A stretch of 62,521 nt of DNA, counting the filler, from an uncultured bacterium (lineage in GTDB: Bacteria > Hinthialibacterota > Hinthialibacteria > Hinthialibacterales > Hinthialibacteraceae), in assembly GCA_964449065.1 (NCBI GenBank). It is 6 parts of 6 records of this genome, joined end to end, with 100 filler letters (N's around TTAATTAATTAA, not from the genome) between each part and the next. Parts side by side here need not be neighbours in the genome. Positions count along the whole stretch, not along the records: positions 21,076 to 31,454 come from CAYVAZ010000181.1; positions 31,555 to 41,854 come from CAYVAZ010000182.1; 4 more parts are not named here. One strand, 5' to 3'. Under the pieces are notes generated by a model that made no database searches, was not told the DNA's origin, and was given only the letters and a program-made list of their open reading frames with translations. A program made the translations under genes and the position numbers. Position 1 is the stretch's first letter, and each line of letters begins with the position of its first letter. Of this stretch, positions 27,358 to 37,816 are shown one piece after another.

Positions 27358-28503
27358 CTACAAATCCCTTAAGGTTTCTGCCGGGTCTTGGGTTATGGCT
27401 GCCATTGCTGGGATGAAGCTGGATAACGCCGCGAAGACGGGAGCAAGGATCATCGACCAGAACAGCAGGGTGTATATGGGCTGGATTTTCTTCGCCGTGA
27501 TTTCAAAGATTTGCGGGCCGACTATGAGGGCTAATCCCGTGCCAATCGCGTATCCGAAAACTGCTCCAATCAACCCAAGAACAAGCGATTTGCCAATAAA
27601 TAACGCACCGATGTTTCCGGAAGAATACCCCAATGAGCGCAGGATGCCGATTTCCTGCCGGCGTTCGCGGGTGTTCATCATGGCAAGCGCGCCGATCCAT
27701 ACCGCGCAAACGATTGTGATTAAGGGGATAAGCAGCGCGAAGTAGTTTTCCAGCATCTGGCGTTGATCTTCACGTGCTTGGGCTATATTTCGAACATGAA
27801 TCATTTTCGCCTCGGGCATGATTTCTTCCAGCTGTTCACGCAAGTAAGCCACCGGGTCGATATCTTGAATCAAGCAGGCGCAATCCAATGCTTTCACTTC
27901 ATTGACCTGCCCCGGCATGTCTAAAACCTTTTGGGCATCACTTAGGAACATGTAAATGCGTACATCGTCTTCCGTTCCGGTTTCCTGCAAGGTTTGGTGG
28001 ACGGTAAATTTGTGTCCGTTGATTTCAATTTCATCACCGCGCTTGAGGTTTTGCTGTTTGACGATTTCGCTGCCGGCATAGACCGTTCCCGGTTTGATGG
28101 TAAAGATCATGGACGGCTTTTTGTGATCGGGCGGGGCGATTTCGGTGGAGATACCTTTCAACAGCACGGGCATACCGTTCCATTCGATACGCTGTTCCAG
28201 GGTTGCGAGGATGTGGGCGTAAGAATAGCCCTCGACTGCGCCGAAGCGGTTGGCGTATTCTTCCGGCATGGTGAGGTTTGAGTATCCGGCTGCCCAAAAG
28301 CTGGGCATATCGGTGTCATTAGGGATGATGCGGACGTTGTAGCCCATATCGCGCATGATACGGGCGGTTTCGCGTTTGGAGGCCTCTCCGGTGGTGAAGA
28401 AGCACACGAAAAAGCCGACCGCTGTTACCACAGCCAGAATACTGAGCCCCGCATTGATTTTGCGGTGCATGATTTCTTTGAAAATTAAGGGGATGATCTT
28501 CAT
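27358..28503 (-). CDS. ABC transporter permease (FtsX/MacB family)
   Basis: N-terminal TM, periplasmic loop, ERRQEIGILRSLG, three C-terminal TMs, DPAETLR. Confidence 0.92.
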   Translation of the reverse strand: MKIIPLIFKEIMHRKINAGLSILAVVTAVGFFVCFFTTGEASKRETARIMRDMGYNVRIIPNDTDMPSFWAAGYSNLTMPEEYANRFGAVEGYSYAHILATLEQRIEWNGMPVLLKGISTEIAPPDHKKPSMIFTIKPGTVYAGSEIVKQQNLKRGDEIEINGHKFTVHQTLQETGTEDDVRIYMFLSDAQKVLDMPGQVNEVKALDCACLIQDIDPVAYLREQLEEIMPEAKMIHVRNIAQAREDQRQMLENYFALLIPLITIVCAVWIGALAMMNTRERRQEIGILRSLGYSSGNIGALFIGKSLVLGLIGAVFGYAIGTGLALIVGPQIFEITAKKIQPIYTLLFWSMILAPVFAALSSFIPAMAAITQDPAETLRDL

Positions 28504-30148
28504 TGTTGTTTATTCCATGCAAGAAATAGGACGGCAGAACCGCAGAGAAGCGCTACTCCAACCAATACACCAAAGGTGATGAGTAAAGTGTTCATCACAT
28601 TGCTGTTTTCTGCCATTACCGGATATTCCGGGGCGCTGACTGAAGTTGAGGCGTATGGTTCGGCCTTTGGCGCTTCATCTGTTATTGCCAGCGCGATTTC
28701 ATTTTCACCAGTTTCTGTTTGCTGTTCCCTGTTGACTCTATCGCTCTGTATTTTTTGGGCTGAAGTTCCTATTTTGTCATCCGTATCCGAATTCATTTTT
28801 TCTGAACGCAATTTGCTTACGTTATCTTCATGAATTACGTTATCTTCATGNNNNNNNNNNNNNNNNNNNNNNNNNNNNNNNNNNNNNNNNNNNNNNNNNN
28901 NNNNNNNNNNNNNNNNNNNNNNNNNNNNNNNNNNNNNNNNNNNNNNNNNNTTACGTTATCTTCATGAATTACGTTATCTTCATGTATTTCGTTTACTTCA
29001 CGTTCGGGATCATCGCTTTTTAAGCCTTTTTCTAATGTCATTGCAATGGTTTCTTCCTCTTCTTGCTCGATAGAATCCTGCAAGTTGGCTTCGCGCATTT
29101 GGTAGGCATCTTCGTAGATTTGGGCATCGGCAAGGCTGATTTCAGCGTATCCTAATAGAGGATCGGGTGAGGAATAGCGAGAACCGTTACCGCTTTTTTG
29201 GGTTCCCGATCCTTTGGACATGATCTGGCTGATTTCGGTTTTGACCATCGGGCTTTCGGTATCAAAGCCGACGTTGTTCATCGCCATTTTACGGCGTTCA
29301 TCGTTCCACACCAGTGGGAACATCTGTCCCATCATCCAGGAACGGTCCAAGCCGCATTCACAGGAGAGACCAATGACGGAGAGCACGGTCAAAATGTTTT
29401 CCGTGGTAACTTCTTTGTCATCAAGAATCTTACCGATCTGACGGCCCCTGCCGTAAACGATTGCAACTTTCGGCTCTTTAACCTCTTCAGGACTGATTCC
29501 ATAGCTCCAAAGCAGGATGCTTTCATCATCAAAGTGATCACGGTTTAAGCGGGCGAAGACCGGAGGGTACTTGATTTCTTTTGGGAGGTCTTCCATGCCT
29601 TCGGTGATCTTGGCGATGGCCTGGCGGCATTGTTCTTCGGCAAAGTCATTGCGTGCATCGTCTTCGCCTTCAATCAGCAGGGTTACTCCATAAGAGCGAA
29701 TGCATTCATCCAAGATGGTTTTGCGGAATGGGGATTCGATGATGTAATCCATCGTGCTCCAAATGGATTCTTTGAATTCGGCTTCGGAATTTTTCCATTC
29801 CACGTGTCTCGGAACATCTTTGGGAGAGACAAGAATCATCGCTGGTATCTTAGGCTTTCCAACATCTTCATAAAACTGAATGGCGCGGTGATCTGCATCA
29901 TTGGTGATGTGGATCACTTCTGTTTCGATGTTGCTGTCCATCGTGGATGCGTAGGAAATTTGGCGAATGGCGGTCATGTCTTCTTCGGATACGGAATCAT
30001 CCACCATGCCGTAGATCTTGTAGGGGATGGAAGCAAAATCGACCATGCCTACATCGCGCACATTAAACCGGCAGGCGTGGGATGATAAAGTTGCGATGAG
30101 GAGTGCGGTCAGTATCGCGGAGAGTAGCGTTGTATAGCGCATGGTCAA
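28500..30148 (-). CDS. Hypothetical exported protein with IHEDNV repeats and a C-terminal TM anchor (one gene across the N gap)
   Basis: Signal peptide SHA-CRFNVRD, SCECG motif; HEDNV repeats lie on both sides of gap 28851-28950 and read in frame into ORF 28500..28811. Confidence 0.7.
28818..28983. repeat. 18-bp tandem repeat (AATTACGTTATCTTCATG), copy number unresolved
   Basis: Two copies visible on each side of the 100-N gap. Confidence 0.85.
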
Positions 30149-30268
30149 TCCTTTTATATGATTTCGAGCGTACTTCCAGTTCGGCGGAAGCCCCGCCCAC
30201 CCATTTGTATATAAACTATTTTGAAGTGAAATGATAATGATACAAGTGAAAATAAGATTAGTTTTCGG

Positions 30269-30676
30269 TTAGGGTGTGCCTTGTTGCCCGAACGGCAATG
30301 CTTGCATGATGAAACGCAAGGCAACGATCAACATTAAAATCCCAAATCCCATTTGCAGAGTCTTGTTGGACACTCTACCGACAATTTCCGCTCCTAAATT
30401 GGCCCCAATAATGACCGCAAAAGTTAGTATGGCGATCATGCGCCAATCGAGATGGATATCCGGATTCCAATGGTAACGCAGCGCTCCCATAAGGGCCATG
30501 GGGACCATGATAACCAATGCGGTGCCTTGCGCGTCTTTTTGCTGCATAGCCGCGAAGATGGTAAGGACGGGAACCACAATGATTCCCCCGCCGACGCCGA
30601 AGGTAGCGCTGAACATCCCGCTGAAGACTCCTAAAACGATGTAGAAAATGATAGTGGTAAATCCCATATCGGCCAT
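30269..30676 (-). CDS. Half-size TauE/SafE (TSUP) membrane protein
   Basis: GVFSGMFSATFGVGGGIIVVP, AQGTAL; start moved to ATG 30676 with AGGAGA RBS (135 aa). Confidence 0.85.
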   Translation of the reverse strand: MADMGFTTIIFYIVLGVFSGMFSATFGVGGGIIVVPVLTIFAAMQQKDAQGTALVIMVPMALMGALRYHWNPDIHLDWRMIAILTFAVIIGANLGAEIVGRVSNKTLQMGFGILMLIVALRFIMQALPFGQQGTP

Positions 30677-30702
30677 GATGTGTCTCCTGAGGGTAAATTT
30701 GA

Positions 30703-31454
30703 TTATGCTTGACCGCAAACAGGGCATTCTGGGTTGCGGCGGATTTTGAGTTTGCGGAACGACATATCGCGCAGATTGTATGACAATAAATGCCCGGCCA
30801 TAGAGGTACCGATGCCGGAAATGACTTTGATGACTTCCATCGCGGCCATGCAGCCCACACTGCCGGACACGGCGCCAAAGACGGGGAACCGGCGTTTCCA
30901 GTATGGCGGTTTTTCGGGATAGACACATGCCAGGCAGGGTGACTGGCCGGGGATGATGGTCATCAGTTGGGCTTCGAGTTCATACATGGCGCTTTCGATC
31001 ATGGGCTTGTTTTGGCGGACGGCTTCTTGGTTCATGGCGTAGCGCTCTTCAAACAAGGGGGCGCAATCGGCGACGACATCGGCTTTGCCGACAATTTCGG
31101 CAGCATTGGATTCGTTGATGTTTTCGGGGATGGTTTCGATTTCGAGTCTGGGATTGAGCTCCAAGAGGCGGCGTTTGGCGCTTTCGACACGGGGCTTATC
31201 CAACCAATCGTAGGTCATAAGCAGTTGGCGGTTGAGATCGCTAAATTTGACGTTGCCGCCGTGGGCGATCACTAACTTCCCTACCCCGGCCGCGGCGAGT
31301 TCATAGGCAACGACGCTGCCAAGACCGCCGCAGCGTGAGATTAAAACGGTAGCGGCTTTGAGTTTTTGTTGGCCTTCTTCGCCGAAATCCGGCACCCACA
31401 TTTGCCATTCATAGGTTTGGGCTTCTTCTTCTGTCAGTGGTTGAATTTGGCGCA
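30703..31454 (-). CDS. HesA/MoeB/ThiF-family E1-like adenylyltransferase, 5' end at contig edge
   Basis: GEEGQQKLKAATVL, GGLGS, SDLNRQLL, CLAC...CPVC zinc site; frame stays open to the gap. Confidence 0.9.
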
Positions 31455-31631
31455 NNNNNNNNNNNNNNNNNNNNNNNNNNNNNNNNNNNNNNNNNNNNTT
31501 AATTAATTAANNNNNNNNNNNNNNNNNNNNNNNNNNNNNNNNNNNNNNNNNNNNGTTGATTCTTGAATCCCCCCTACCCCCCTTAATAAGGGGGGCAACG
31601 ACAGATTCTGTCTATCCAACTCTGAAATTCA

Positions 31632-32978
31632 CTAATTGATTTGATATCCTTGGGACGCATAATGTTGGAGTTTGTAGGTGAGGGCTCTTCGGCTAATTCC
31701 TAACGCGCGTGCCGTTTCGGAACGGTTGTATCCGTGTTGCTGCAAAGCCAAAAGAATAGCGTCACGCTCAATGTCTTCCATTTTTTTATGGGCATGGTCT
31801 TGGGGGTGGTCAAAAGAAACCTGTTGAACCGATTCCTGAATTCTCTTGGGCAAATGTTCCAACAAGATCAAACTCCCCCTCGCCATTAACGTAGCTCGTT
31901 CCATGGCATTCCGCAGTTCCCGAACATTGCCGGGCCAGTTGTATTGTTGTAGACATTGTAGAACCGGCTGCGAGATGCGGGGCGTTCCTTGCAGAAACAA
32001 TTCCGCGAAATGATAAGCAAGGGGGACAATTTCTTCCCGCCGCTCGCGCAGCGGAGGGACAAAGATTTCCATCACGTTTAGACGGTAAAACAAGTCTTCC
32101 CGAAACGTTCCGTTTTTGACATCCTTTTCCAGGTTGCGGTTGGTGGCGGCAAAAAGTCTCGTATTGGTTTTACGTTCTTTATTGGACCCAAGCCTTTGAA
32201 AGGTGCCATCTTGAATCACCCGTAACAATTTCGCTTGCAATGCCGGTGACATTTCCGCGATTTCATCGAGTAAAATACTGCCCCCGTGCGCTTCTTCAAA
32301 CCGGCCGATCCGCATCTGCGTTGCTCCGGTAAAAGCTCCTTTTTCATGCCCGAACAGTTCGCTTTCCAAAAGTTCTTCCGGCAAAGCGGCACAATTCACC
32401 TTAAGCAACGGTTGATTATGCCGCCGACTCCACCGGTGCAGCAAGTCCGCGATCACCTCTTTGCCGACACCGCTTTCACCATGAATCAGCACCCGGCTTT
32501 CGGATTGGGCGATGATACTGATTTCCTGCAAGATGGTTTTCATCACCGCGCTTTGCGCCACCATATCCTGGGGAATCTCATGAAACTTGAGGGGGGAGGG
32601 TTGTGGAGTCGATTGAATTCCGGTTGCCGTTTTCACCGAGTGCAGCAGTTCATCCAGATCGATGGGTTTTTCCAAATAATTCACAGCACCGTCCTGCATG
32701 GCCGAAACGGCATCGCGAATATCCGCGTAGGCGGTTACCAGCAAAATAGGAATGTTGATTTTATGTTTTCGCGTTTGAGACAGTAAATCCAAACCGGAGA
32801 TTCCCGGCATCCGCACATCGGATATCATCATTTGGAAGCGGTGTTGCTGGAGCAATTCTAATGCCGCTTCACCGGACGAAGCAAATTGCACTTCAAAGCC
32901 GCAGCGTTTTAGATACGAGCCGATTAGGGTTCGTTGGCCTTCATCATCATCGACGACTAAAATCAGGATGTCTGACAT
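31632..32978 (-). CDS. Sigma-54-dependent response regulator (NtrC/AtoC family)
   Basis: REC domain (VDDD, SDVRMP), GESGVGKE, GAFTGA, FREDLFYRL, WPGNVREL, Fis-type HTH. Confidence 0.96.
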   Translation of the reverse strand: MSDILILVVDDDEGQRTLIGSYLKRCGFEVQFASSGEAALELLQQHRFQMMISDVRMPGISGLDLLSQTRKHKINIPILLVTAYADIRDAVSAMQDGAVNYLEKPIDLDELLHSVKTATGIQSTPQPSPLKFHEIPQDMVAQSAVMKTILQEISIIAQSESRVLIHGESGVGKEVIADLLHRWSRRHNQPLLKVNCAALPEELLESELFGHEKGAFTGATQMRIGRFEEAHGGSILLDEIAEMSPALQAKLLRVIQDGTFQRLGSNKERKTNTRLFAATNRNLEKDVKNGTFREDLFYRLNVMEIFVPPLRERREEIVPLAYHFAELFLQGTPRISQPVLQCLQQYNWPGNVRELRNAMERATLMARGSLILLEHLPKRIQESVQQVSFDHPQDHAHKKMEDIERDAILLALQQHGYNRSETARALGISRRALTYKLQHYASQGYQIN

Positions 32979-32981
32979 GGT

Positions 32982-34520
32982 TTATTTGTTTGGATCGTTT
33001 TGTGATACTTTCAGGATACCACGAATCCGAAAACAGGTACCGGATTGAACTGGAATGCATTCAATCTCCCATCCATGCGCCATTACGATTTGCTGCACGA
33101 CGGTTAACCCCAAACCGGTCCCGCATTCATTGGTCGTAAAATACGGTTGGAACACTTTTGTACGGATTTCCTCGGAAATACCGGGACCGTTATCGCGAAA
33201 CTCCATCCCCCATTCGGTTTTGCTTTTGCTGAAGAGAAGGACGGACATCGACCCGCCATCCGGAACGGCCTGAATGGAGTTCAACAGCAGATTAAAGATC
33301 ATTTGGCGCAACAGCGACTCATCCGCACCGGTGTAGGCTTCTTCGCCTTCCAGTGAGAATTGTATACGTTTATCTATGATATCGGTTTCCAATGTTTGTT
33401 CAACATCCCGGATAATCCGGTTTAAATGAACCGTCGATAGTTTGGGTTCGCGGGGTTTGGAGTAATTAATGAACTCATTTAATTGCGCGGTGACCCGGTC
33501 GACTTCTTCGGTGATTTTCGCGGATTGATTGCGCACATTGGGAGATGTGCCGCTGTCTTTGAAGATGAGTTGCGCCATTCCGCGAACCAAATTTAATGGA
33601 TTGCGGGTTTCGTGAGCCAGTCCGGCTGCCGCCACATTCATTTCACGCAAATGCGCGTTCATTTCTGAGGCACGAACAAGCCGCACCTGCAATTCGGAAT
33701 TTTTTTGCACGTTCCGCCAGATCAAAATACCACCCGCTACCGCGACCGTGGCAAACCCGATGATAAAAAACCGCAGCCATAAATCCCGGTTGCAGGTTTG
33801 GATATAGTTTTGGGTGGAAATTTCAATGATAAAACCATGCAGCCCTTGTTGTTCTAAAAAGGCTTCGAATTCTTCGCCGGTCATACCCCGTGGAGGCCTT
33901 GAAAAGCGATTGCCGCGGAAGTTCCCTTCCCGCCGGTCGTCTCTTTCGGGTTGATCATCCCGGTGTGTGATTTCATCCGTCGATGAGCGGTTCACGTCTT
34001 GATGTTCTTCCGGACGGGGAGGAGGTCGGCGTTCTCTGTCGCGTCCCCGGTCACGAAATTCTTGTGCTTCTTCTTCGGTAATTGGAATGACAACCATGGG
34101 GCGGTCTTCCGCCTGATCGTCATCGGGAAACACATTTAAATCCACCACATTCATAAACGCAACGGAATTCTCGGTCCAATATTCCCCGCGTTCTTTCAGT
34201 GTATTGTTGATCGGAATGGATTGGGAACCGGACTTGGCCACGATTTCGCTGGAAGAATTCAGCAAATAGATGGAATACAATTCTTCAGACTGTGTGAGTT
34301 CATTCAGCGCTGATTCCAAGCGGTATTGAATAATGGCACCGCCATAACGGCGCTGTGAACGCAAGATAACCGCCAACGAGTTGGAAATATCTTCCGCCCG
34401 GTGCTGCAACGCTTCTTGCGCGGACAAACGGATCCATCTGTGTTCTATGCCCTGCCAAGCAATGATAACAAACCAAACCGTGAGGGCGGCTATGTAGATT
34501 TGATTGCCGGATCGCTTCAT
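32982..34520 (-). CDS. Membrane sensor histidine kinase
   Basis: Two TMs, AHETRNPL H-box, NLLLNS, DNGPG, FQPYFTT, GTGLGL. Confidence 0.95.
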   Translation of the reverse strand: MKRSGNQIYIAALTVWFVIIAWQGIEHRWIRLSAQEALQHRAEDISNSLAVILRSQRRYGGAIIQYRLESALNELTQSEELYSIYLLNSSSEIVAKSGSQSIPINNTLKERGEYWTENSVAFMNVVDLNVFPDDDQAEDRPMVVIPITEEEAQEFRDRGRDRERRPPPRPEEHQDVNRSSTDEITHRDDQPERDDRREGNFRGNRFSRPPRGMTGEEFEAFLEQQGLHGFIIEISTQNYIQTCNRDLWLRFFIIGFATVAVAGGILIWRNVQKNSELQVRLVRASEMNAHLREMNVAAAGLAHETRNPLNLVRGMAQLIFKDSGTSPNVRNQSAKITEEVDRVTAQLNEFINYSKPREPKLSTVHLNRIIRDVEQTLETDIIDKRIQFSLEGEEAYTGADESLLRQMIFNLLLNSIQAVPDGGSMSVLLFSKSKTEWGMEFRDNGPGISEEIRTKVFQPYFTTNECGTGLGLTVVQQIVMAHGWEIECIPVQSGTCFRIRGILKVSQNDPNK

Positions 34521-34521
34521 T

Positions 34522-35772
34522 TCAATTAAACCGCATGGGTTTCACATCCCGTTTCGCGGATTCTTTTTCGTCTTCCTTTGATTGGAGAGGGGCATCCCGC
34601 TCTGGTTTTGCGTCTTCGTTGCGCTGCTGCATTGGTTGCTTCAGGGGCGGTTGCCGCGGAGCGGGCTGTGGATCATACTGCCGATCCCGGATATCAAACG
34701 GGACGTTGTTGCCCACATTATCCAGATACGTATCCATTTGATCGTTTGAAAAGATTTCCGGAATCAATTTGGTACGGTTGTTTTCATAATTGGTTAAATT
34801 TGGCAGCGAGCCGGGTGTACGAACCACTATCGGCGTCAAAAAAATCAACAGTTCGGTTTTGGTTTTCTCTTTTTGCTTTCTCTTAAACAAATGACCCAGC
34901 ACGGGAATGTCGCCAAGAAGGGGAATCTTGCGGTCTGTTTCGGTAACGCTGTCTTCCATTAACCCGCCGATGACAACGGTCTGGGCGTTTGGTGTGGTGA
35001 CCACCGTATCGGCGGAGCGGGTATCAAACACGGGGGCATCCACCTGTTCGGATATGGTAATCACTTCTTCACTGATGGAAGATATTTCCGGACGGATAAG
35101 CATTTCGACCAATCCATCCGGCGTAATAAACGGCGTTACCCGTAAGATGATACCAATCGGCCTGTAAATAATGGTCGTGTTGATTTGGCCACTGTCGGTT
35201 TGGGTGGACGTATCCACAAAGGGAACTTCTTGCCCGACGATTATTTGGGCCTCTTGGTTATTGCGGGTAAGGATGGAGGGACGGGACAACACTTCGAGAC
35301 GCCCGACTTCTTCTATCGCATTCACGGTCACTTGCAGGTCCCGTTCTAAAATGCGGTAAAATCCGCCGAACTGCTGCGCGTCCAGGCCGAACACCGACCC
35401 GGTTTGTTGGTCTCCTCCCTCATAATTCAAGTTGAACTCGGTTCCGATATCGCTGTCTAAGCGGTGCGTGACTTCCACAAAAACAACTTTGATTAGCACT
35501 TGCGGTACCGGCCGGTCCAGGTTTTGGATAATGGTTTTGATATGTTGATTGGTTTCTTCATCGGCCACCACAATGATGGAGCGGCTGTCGAAGTCTGACT
35601 CAATATAGGCTTCTCCCACCATGCCTTGGGGAAAATAATCCCGCTGACCGGCCGTGCCTTGGTTGGAAAAACTGGTTGTACCCGTCCCTTGGGCTTGCGC
35701 TTCGGCATCCGGAACGTGCCCTCCCATCAACGAGAGGGAAAGAATCGTAAACAGCCATTGCTTGTGGTTCAT
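34522..35772 (-). CDS. Secretin C-terminal chain (half of N3 plus secretin barrel) with its own signal peptide
   Basis: LDRPVPQVLIKV, VLSRPSILTRNNQEAQI, GIILRVTP, VIGGL, KIPLLGDIPVLGHLF, TELLIFLTP. Confidence 0.9.
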   Translation of the reverse strand: MNHKQWLFTILSLSLMGGHVPDAEAQAQGTGTTSFSNQGTAGQRDYFPQGMVGEAYIESDFDSRSIIVVADEETNQHIKTIIQNLDRPVPQVLIKVVFVEVTHRLDSDIGTEFNLNYEGGDQQTGSVFGLDAQQFGGFYRILERDLQVTVNAIEEVGRLEVLSRPSILTRNNQEAQIIVGQEVPFVDTSTQTDSGQINTTIIYRPIGIILRVTPFITPDGLVEMLIRPEISSISEEVITISEQVDAPVFDTRSADTVVTTPNAQTVVIGGLMEDSVTETDRKIPLLGDIPVLGHLFKRKQKEKTKTELLIFLTPIVVRTPGSLPNLTNYENNRTKLIPEIFSNDQMDTYLDNVGNNVPFDIRDRQYDPQPAPRQPPLKQPMQQRNEDAKPERDAPLQSKEDEKESAKRDVKPMRFN

Positions 35773-35789
35773 GGTTTATCCGCCAATCT

Positions 35790-37196
35790 TTAATTCGTAG
35801 TATTCTGGGTCGGTGAAAGTTGGGTCCCTTCATCGACGGTTCGGTTGCCCAAAGTATTTTGATTGGGATTGTTTTGATTGTTTTGCCGGTTGCCGGTGAC
35901 TTTATCTTCGAAAATACTTCGGAGAATATTGGCCACATTTTCGACATCCCCGTATTGCAGGTGATACACATACACATCCTGCTTTTTATCCGTCCCGCTA
36001 TCCAATTGTTCAACCATTCTTTCGATTTGCGCCATGGTGTCTTGCGCGGCCGTGACGACGATGGAGTTGGTACGGGCATCGGCAACACAAGTGACTGCCG
36101 TTTGCTTCAGTTGTCTTTGGGATTGCTCTTGATTGTTATTATTGTCTCTAGCGCCCCGGCCAAAGCGGCCGAAAAATCCTTGCCCTCCGAATTGCGGGGT
36201 TTGTGTTTCTTCGGAGTCGGTGAACAATTCGGTGATCAAATCCGATGTTTCCTGCGCGTCCGCGTATTGCAGTTGAAAGACGCGCAATTCCGTAATGTCC
36301 TCAATTGAAGTATCGATCTGACGAATCACTTGGGCTACGACATCCAACAGTTCGCTCGGCGCACTGACAATGAGAGAATTCGAGCGTTCATCCGCCACCG
36401 CGACAATTCGGGAAGCGGCCTTCATTGCCGTGCTATCGCCGCTTTGTTCTTCGTCATTTCCGCCCCGTTCCCACGGAGGTCTGCCCCTGCCCCCGCGGTT
36501 GTCTTCTTCATCATCGATCTTAAACAATTCTTCTATTTTATCGGCCAATTCAACCGCGTCCGAATACACCAGGGGAAAAACGCGCACGTCGGCTATTTCC
36601 GATATCGACGTATCCAACGCGCGAATGATTTGCACCATCTTGCGGATATTGGTTTGGGTATCGGTCAACACGATGGCGTTGCTGGTTTCGTTGGCGGTCA
36701 TGGTGGCATACTCCGGCAAGAGCGGCTGTAGATTTTCAATGAGTTGTACCGCTTCCGTGTAACGTACCGGTATAATCTGCGTCACCATTTCATCGGATTT
36801 GGGGATTTCCTGCGGCTCGTTGCCGGTTTTGACCGGCAAGTCTTTCAACTTCGCTTCGTCGCGGTTCACAATGGTAAGGGTTCTGCCGTTGCGGATGGCC
36901 GCGTACCCCTTAATATGCAAAAGGGTGTTGAGCAGTTCGTACGCTTCATCCTTGGTGAGCGGTTGGTGGCTACGGACATCCACGGTTCCGTTGTATTCGG
37001 TTTCCTTGATGATGATGAACCCGGCGGCCTCACTCAAATAATCCAAGACCGAATCCAATGTGGCATTGCGGAAGTTTAAGAGGATTTTCTCATTCCCGTC
37101 CGGGGCTTTTTCTTCCTCTTGGGCATACAACACGGTTGTACCCATCGCGGCAATCATGAATAATGCGAATCCAAACATACACCATTTTTTGTTCAT
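35790..37196 (-). CDS. Secretin N-terminal chain (N0 plus KH-like N repeats), no barrel domain
   Basis: Signal peptide; LNFRNATL (N0); repeats TQIIPVRYTEA, VRVFPLVYSDA, LRVFQLQYADA, VYVYHLQYGD. Confidence 0.85.
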   Translation of the reverse strand: MNKKWCMFGFALFMIAAMGTTVLYAQEEEKAPDGNEKILLNFRNATLDSVLDYLSEAAGFIIIKETEYNGTVDVRSHQPLTKDEAYELLNTLLHIKGYAAIRNGRTLTIVNRDEAKLKDLPVKTGNEPQEIPKSDEMVTQIIPVRYTEAVQLIENLQPLLPEYATMTANETSNAIVLTDTQTNIRKMVQIIRALDTSISEIADVRVFPLVYSDAVELADKIEELFKIDDEEDNRGGRGRPPWERGGNDEEQSGDSTAMKAASRIVAVADERSNSLIVSAPSELLDVVAQVIRQIDTSIEDITELRVFQLQYADAQETSDLITELFTDSEETQTPQFGGQGFFGRFGRGARDNNNNQEQSQRQLKQTAVTCVADARTNSIVVTAAQDTMAQIERMVEQLDSGTDKKQDVYVYHLQYGDVENVANILRSIFEDKVTGNRQNNQNNPNQNTLGNRTVDEGTQLSPTQNTTN

Positions 37197-37816
37197 TGTC
37201 CTACCTCCTGTTTGCGTTGCTCCATTAATCGTTTTAATACGTCATTTTGTACATCGCCACTCTCTGTGCTTTTTTCTTGCGCGCCCCCGTGATTATCCCG
37301 GTCTTCCCGTTCGTAAGCCAAGGACCGGTTGGATTTGGAGGGCGTGCTGATTTCCCACTCGCCATCCTCTTCTTTGATCAGAGCCATCCCCACCGGGAGT
37401 GTCATTGCAGCATTTTCTTTGGTCAATATCACTTTCGTTTTTTCTATTGCAGCAATCGTGAATCCCGCATATGTATTGCCCGTGGATACGACGGCGCGAA
37501 AATCAGAACGGCTGCCGTTGAAGAACGCGAACGCGTCATCTTCCGTAATCATTGTGCCTGTCAATATTGCTTCATCCGGGTCGCGGCGGGGTGGAATCTC
37601 GGGTTGTTCTTCACGTCGTGCCGGACGGCGGTTGGGATCAAAAATATTGCTTTGAAAAATGACCGCGAACGACTCATACGGGGGATACTCATATCCGCCG
37701 GTTTCAGAGCCGCTTTCTTCTTGCCCGAACAATACACCGGCGTTGTAGGCCATTCCCATCATGACCAACAGACCGATTGCGGTATAGAATGAAATACGAT
37801 GAATTGATGATTTCAT
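37193..37816 (-). CDS. GspC-like T2SS assembly protein
   Basis: N-terminal TM, NIFDPNR, LTGTMI...AFAFF; position just before the secretin genes. Confidence 0.55.
   Translation of the reverse strand: MKSSIHRISFYTAIGLLVMMGMAYNAGVLFGQEESGSETGGYEYPPYESFAVIFQSNIFDPNRRPARREEQPEIPPRRDPDEAILTGTMITEDDAFAFFNGSRSDFRAVVSTGNTYAGFTIAAIEKTKVILTKENAAMTLPVGMALIKEEDGEWEISTPSKSNRSLAYEREDRDNHGGAQEKSTESGDVQNDVLKRLMEQRKQEVGQ

Noticed and set aside
35600..36088. Alternative-frame ORF bridging the two secretin genes, suggesting programmed frameshifting
   Set aside because: Its translation has no secretin motifs, and gene 2 has its own RBS-like sequence and signal-peptide-like leader
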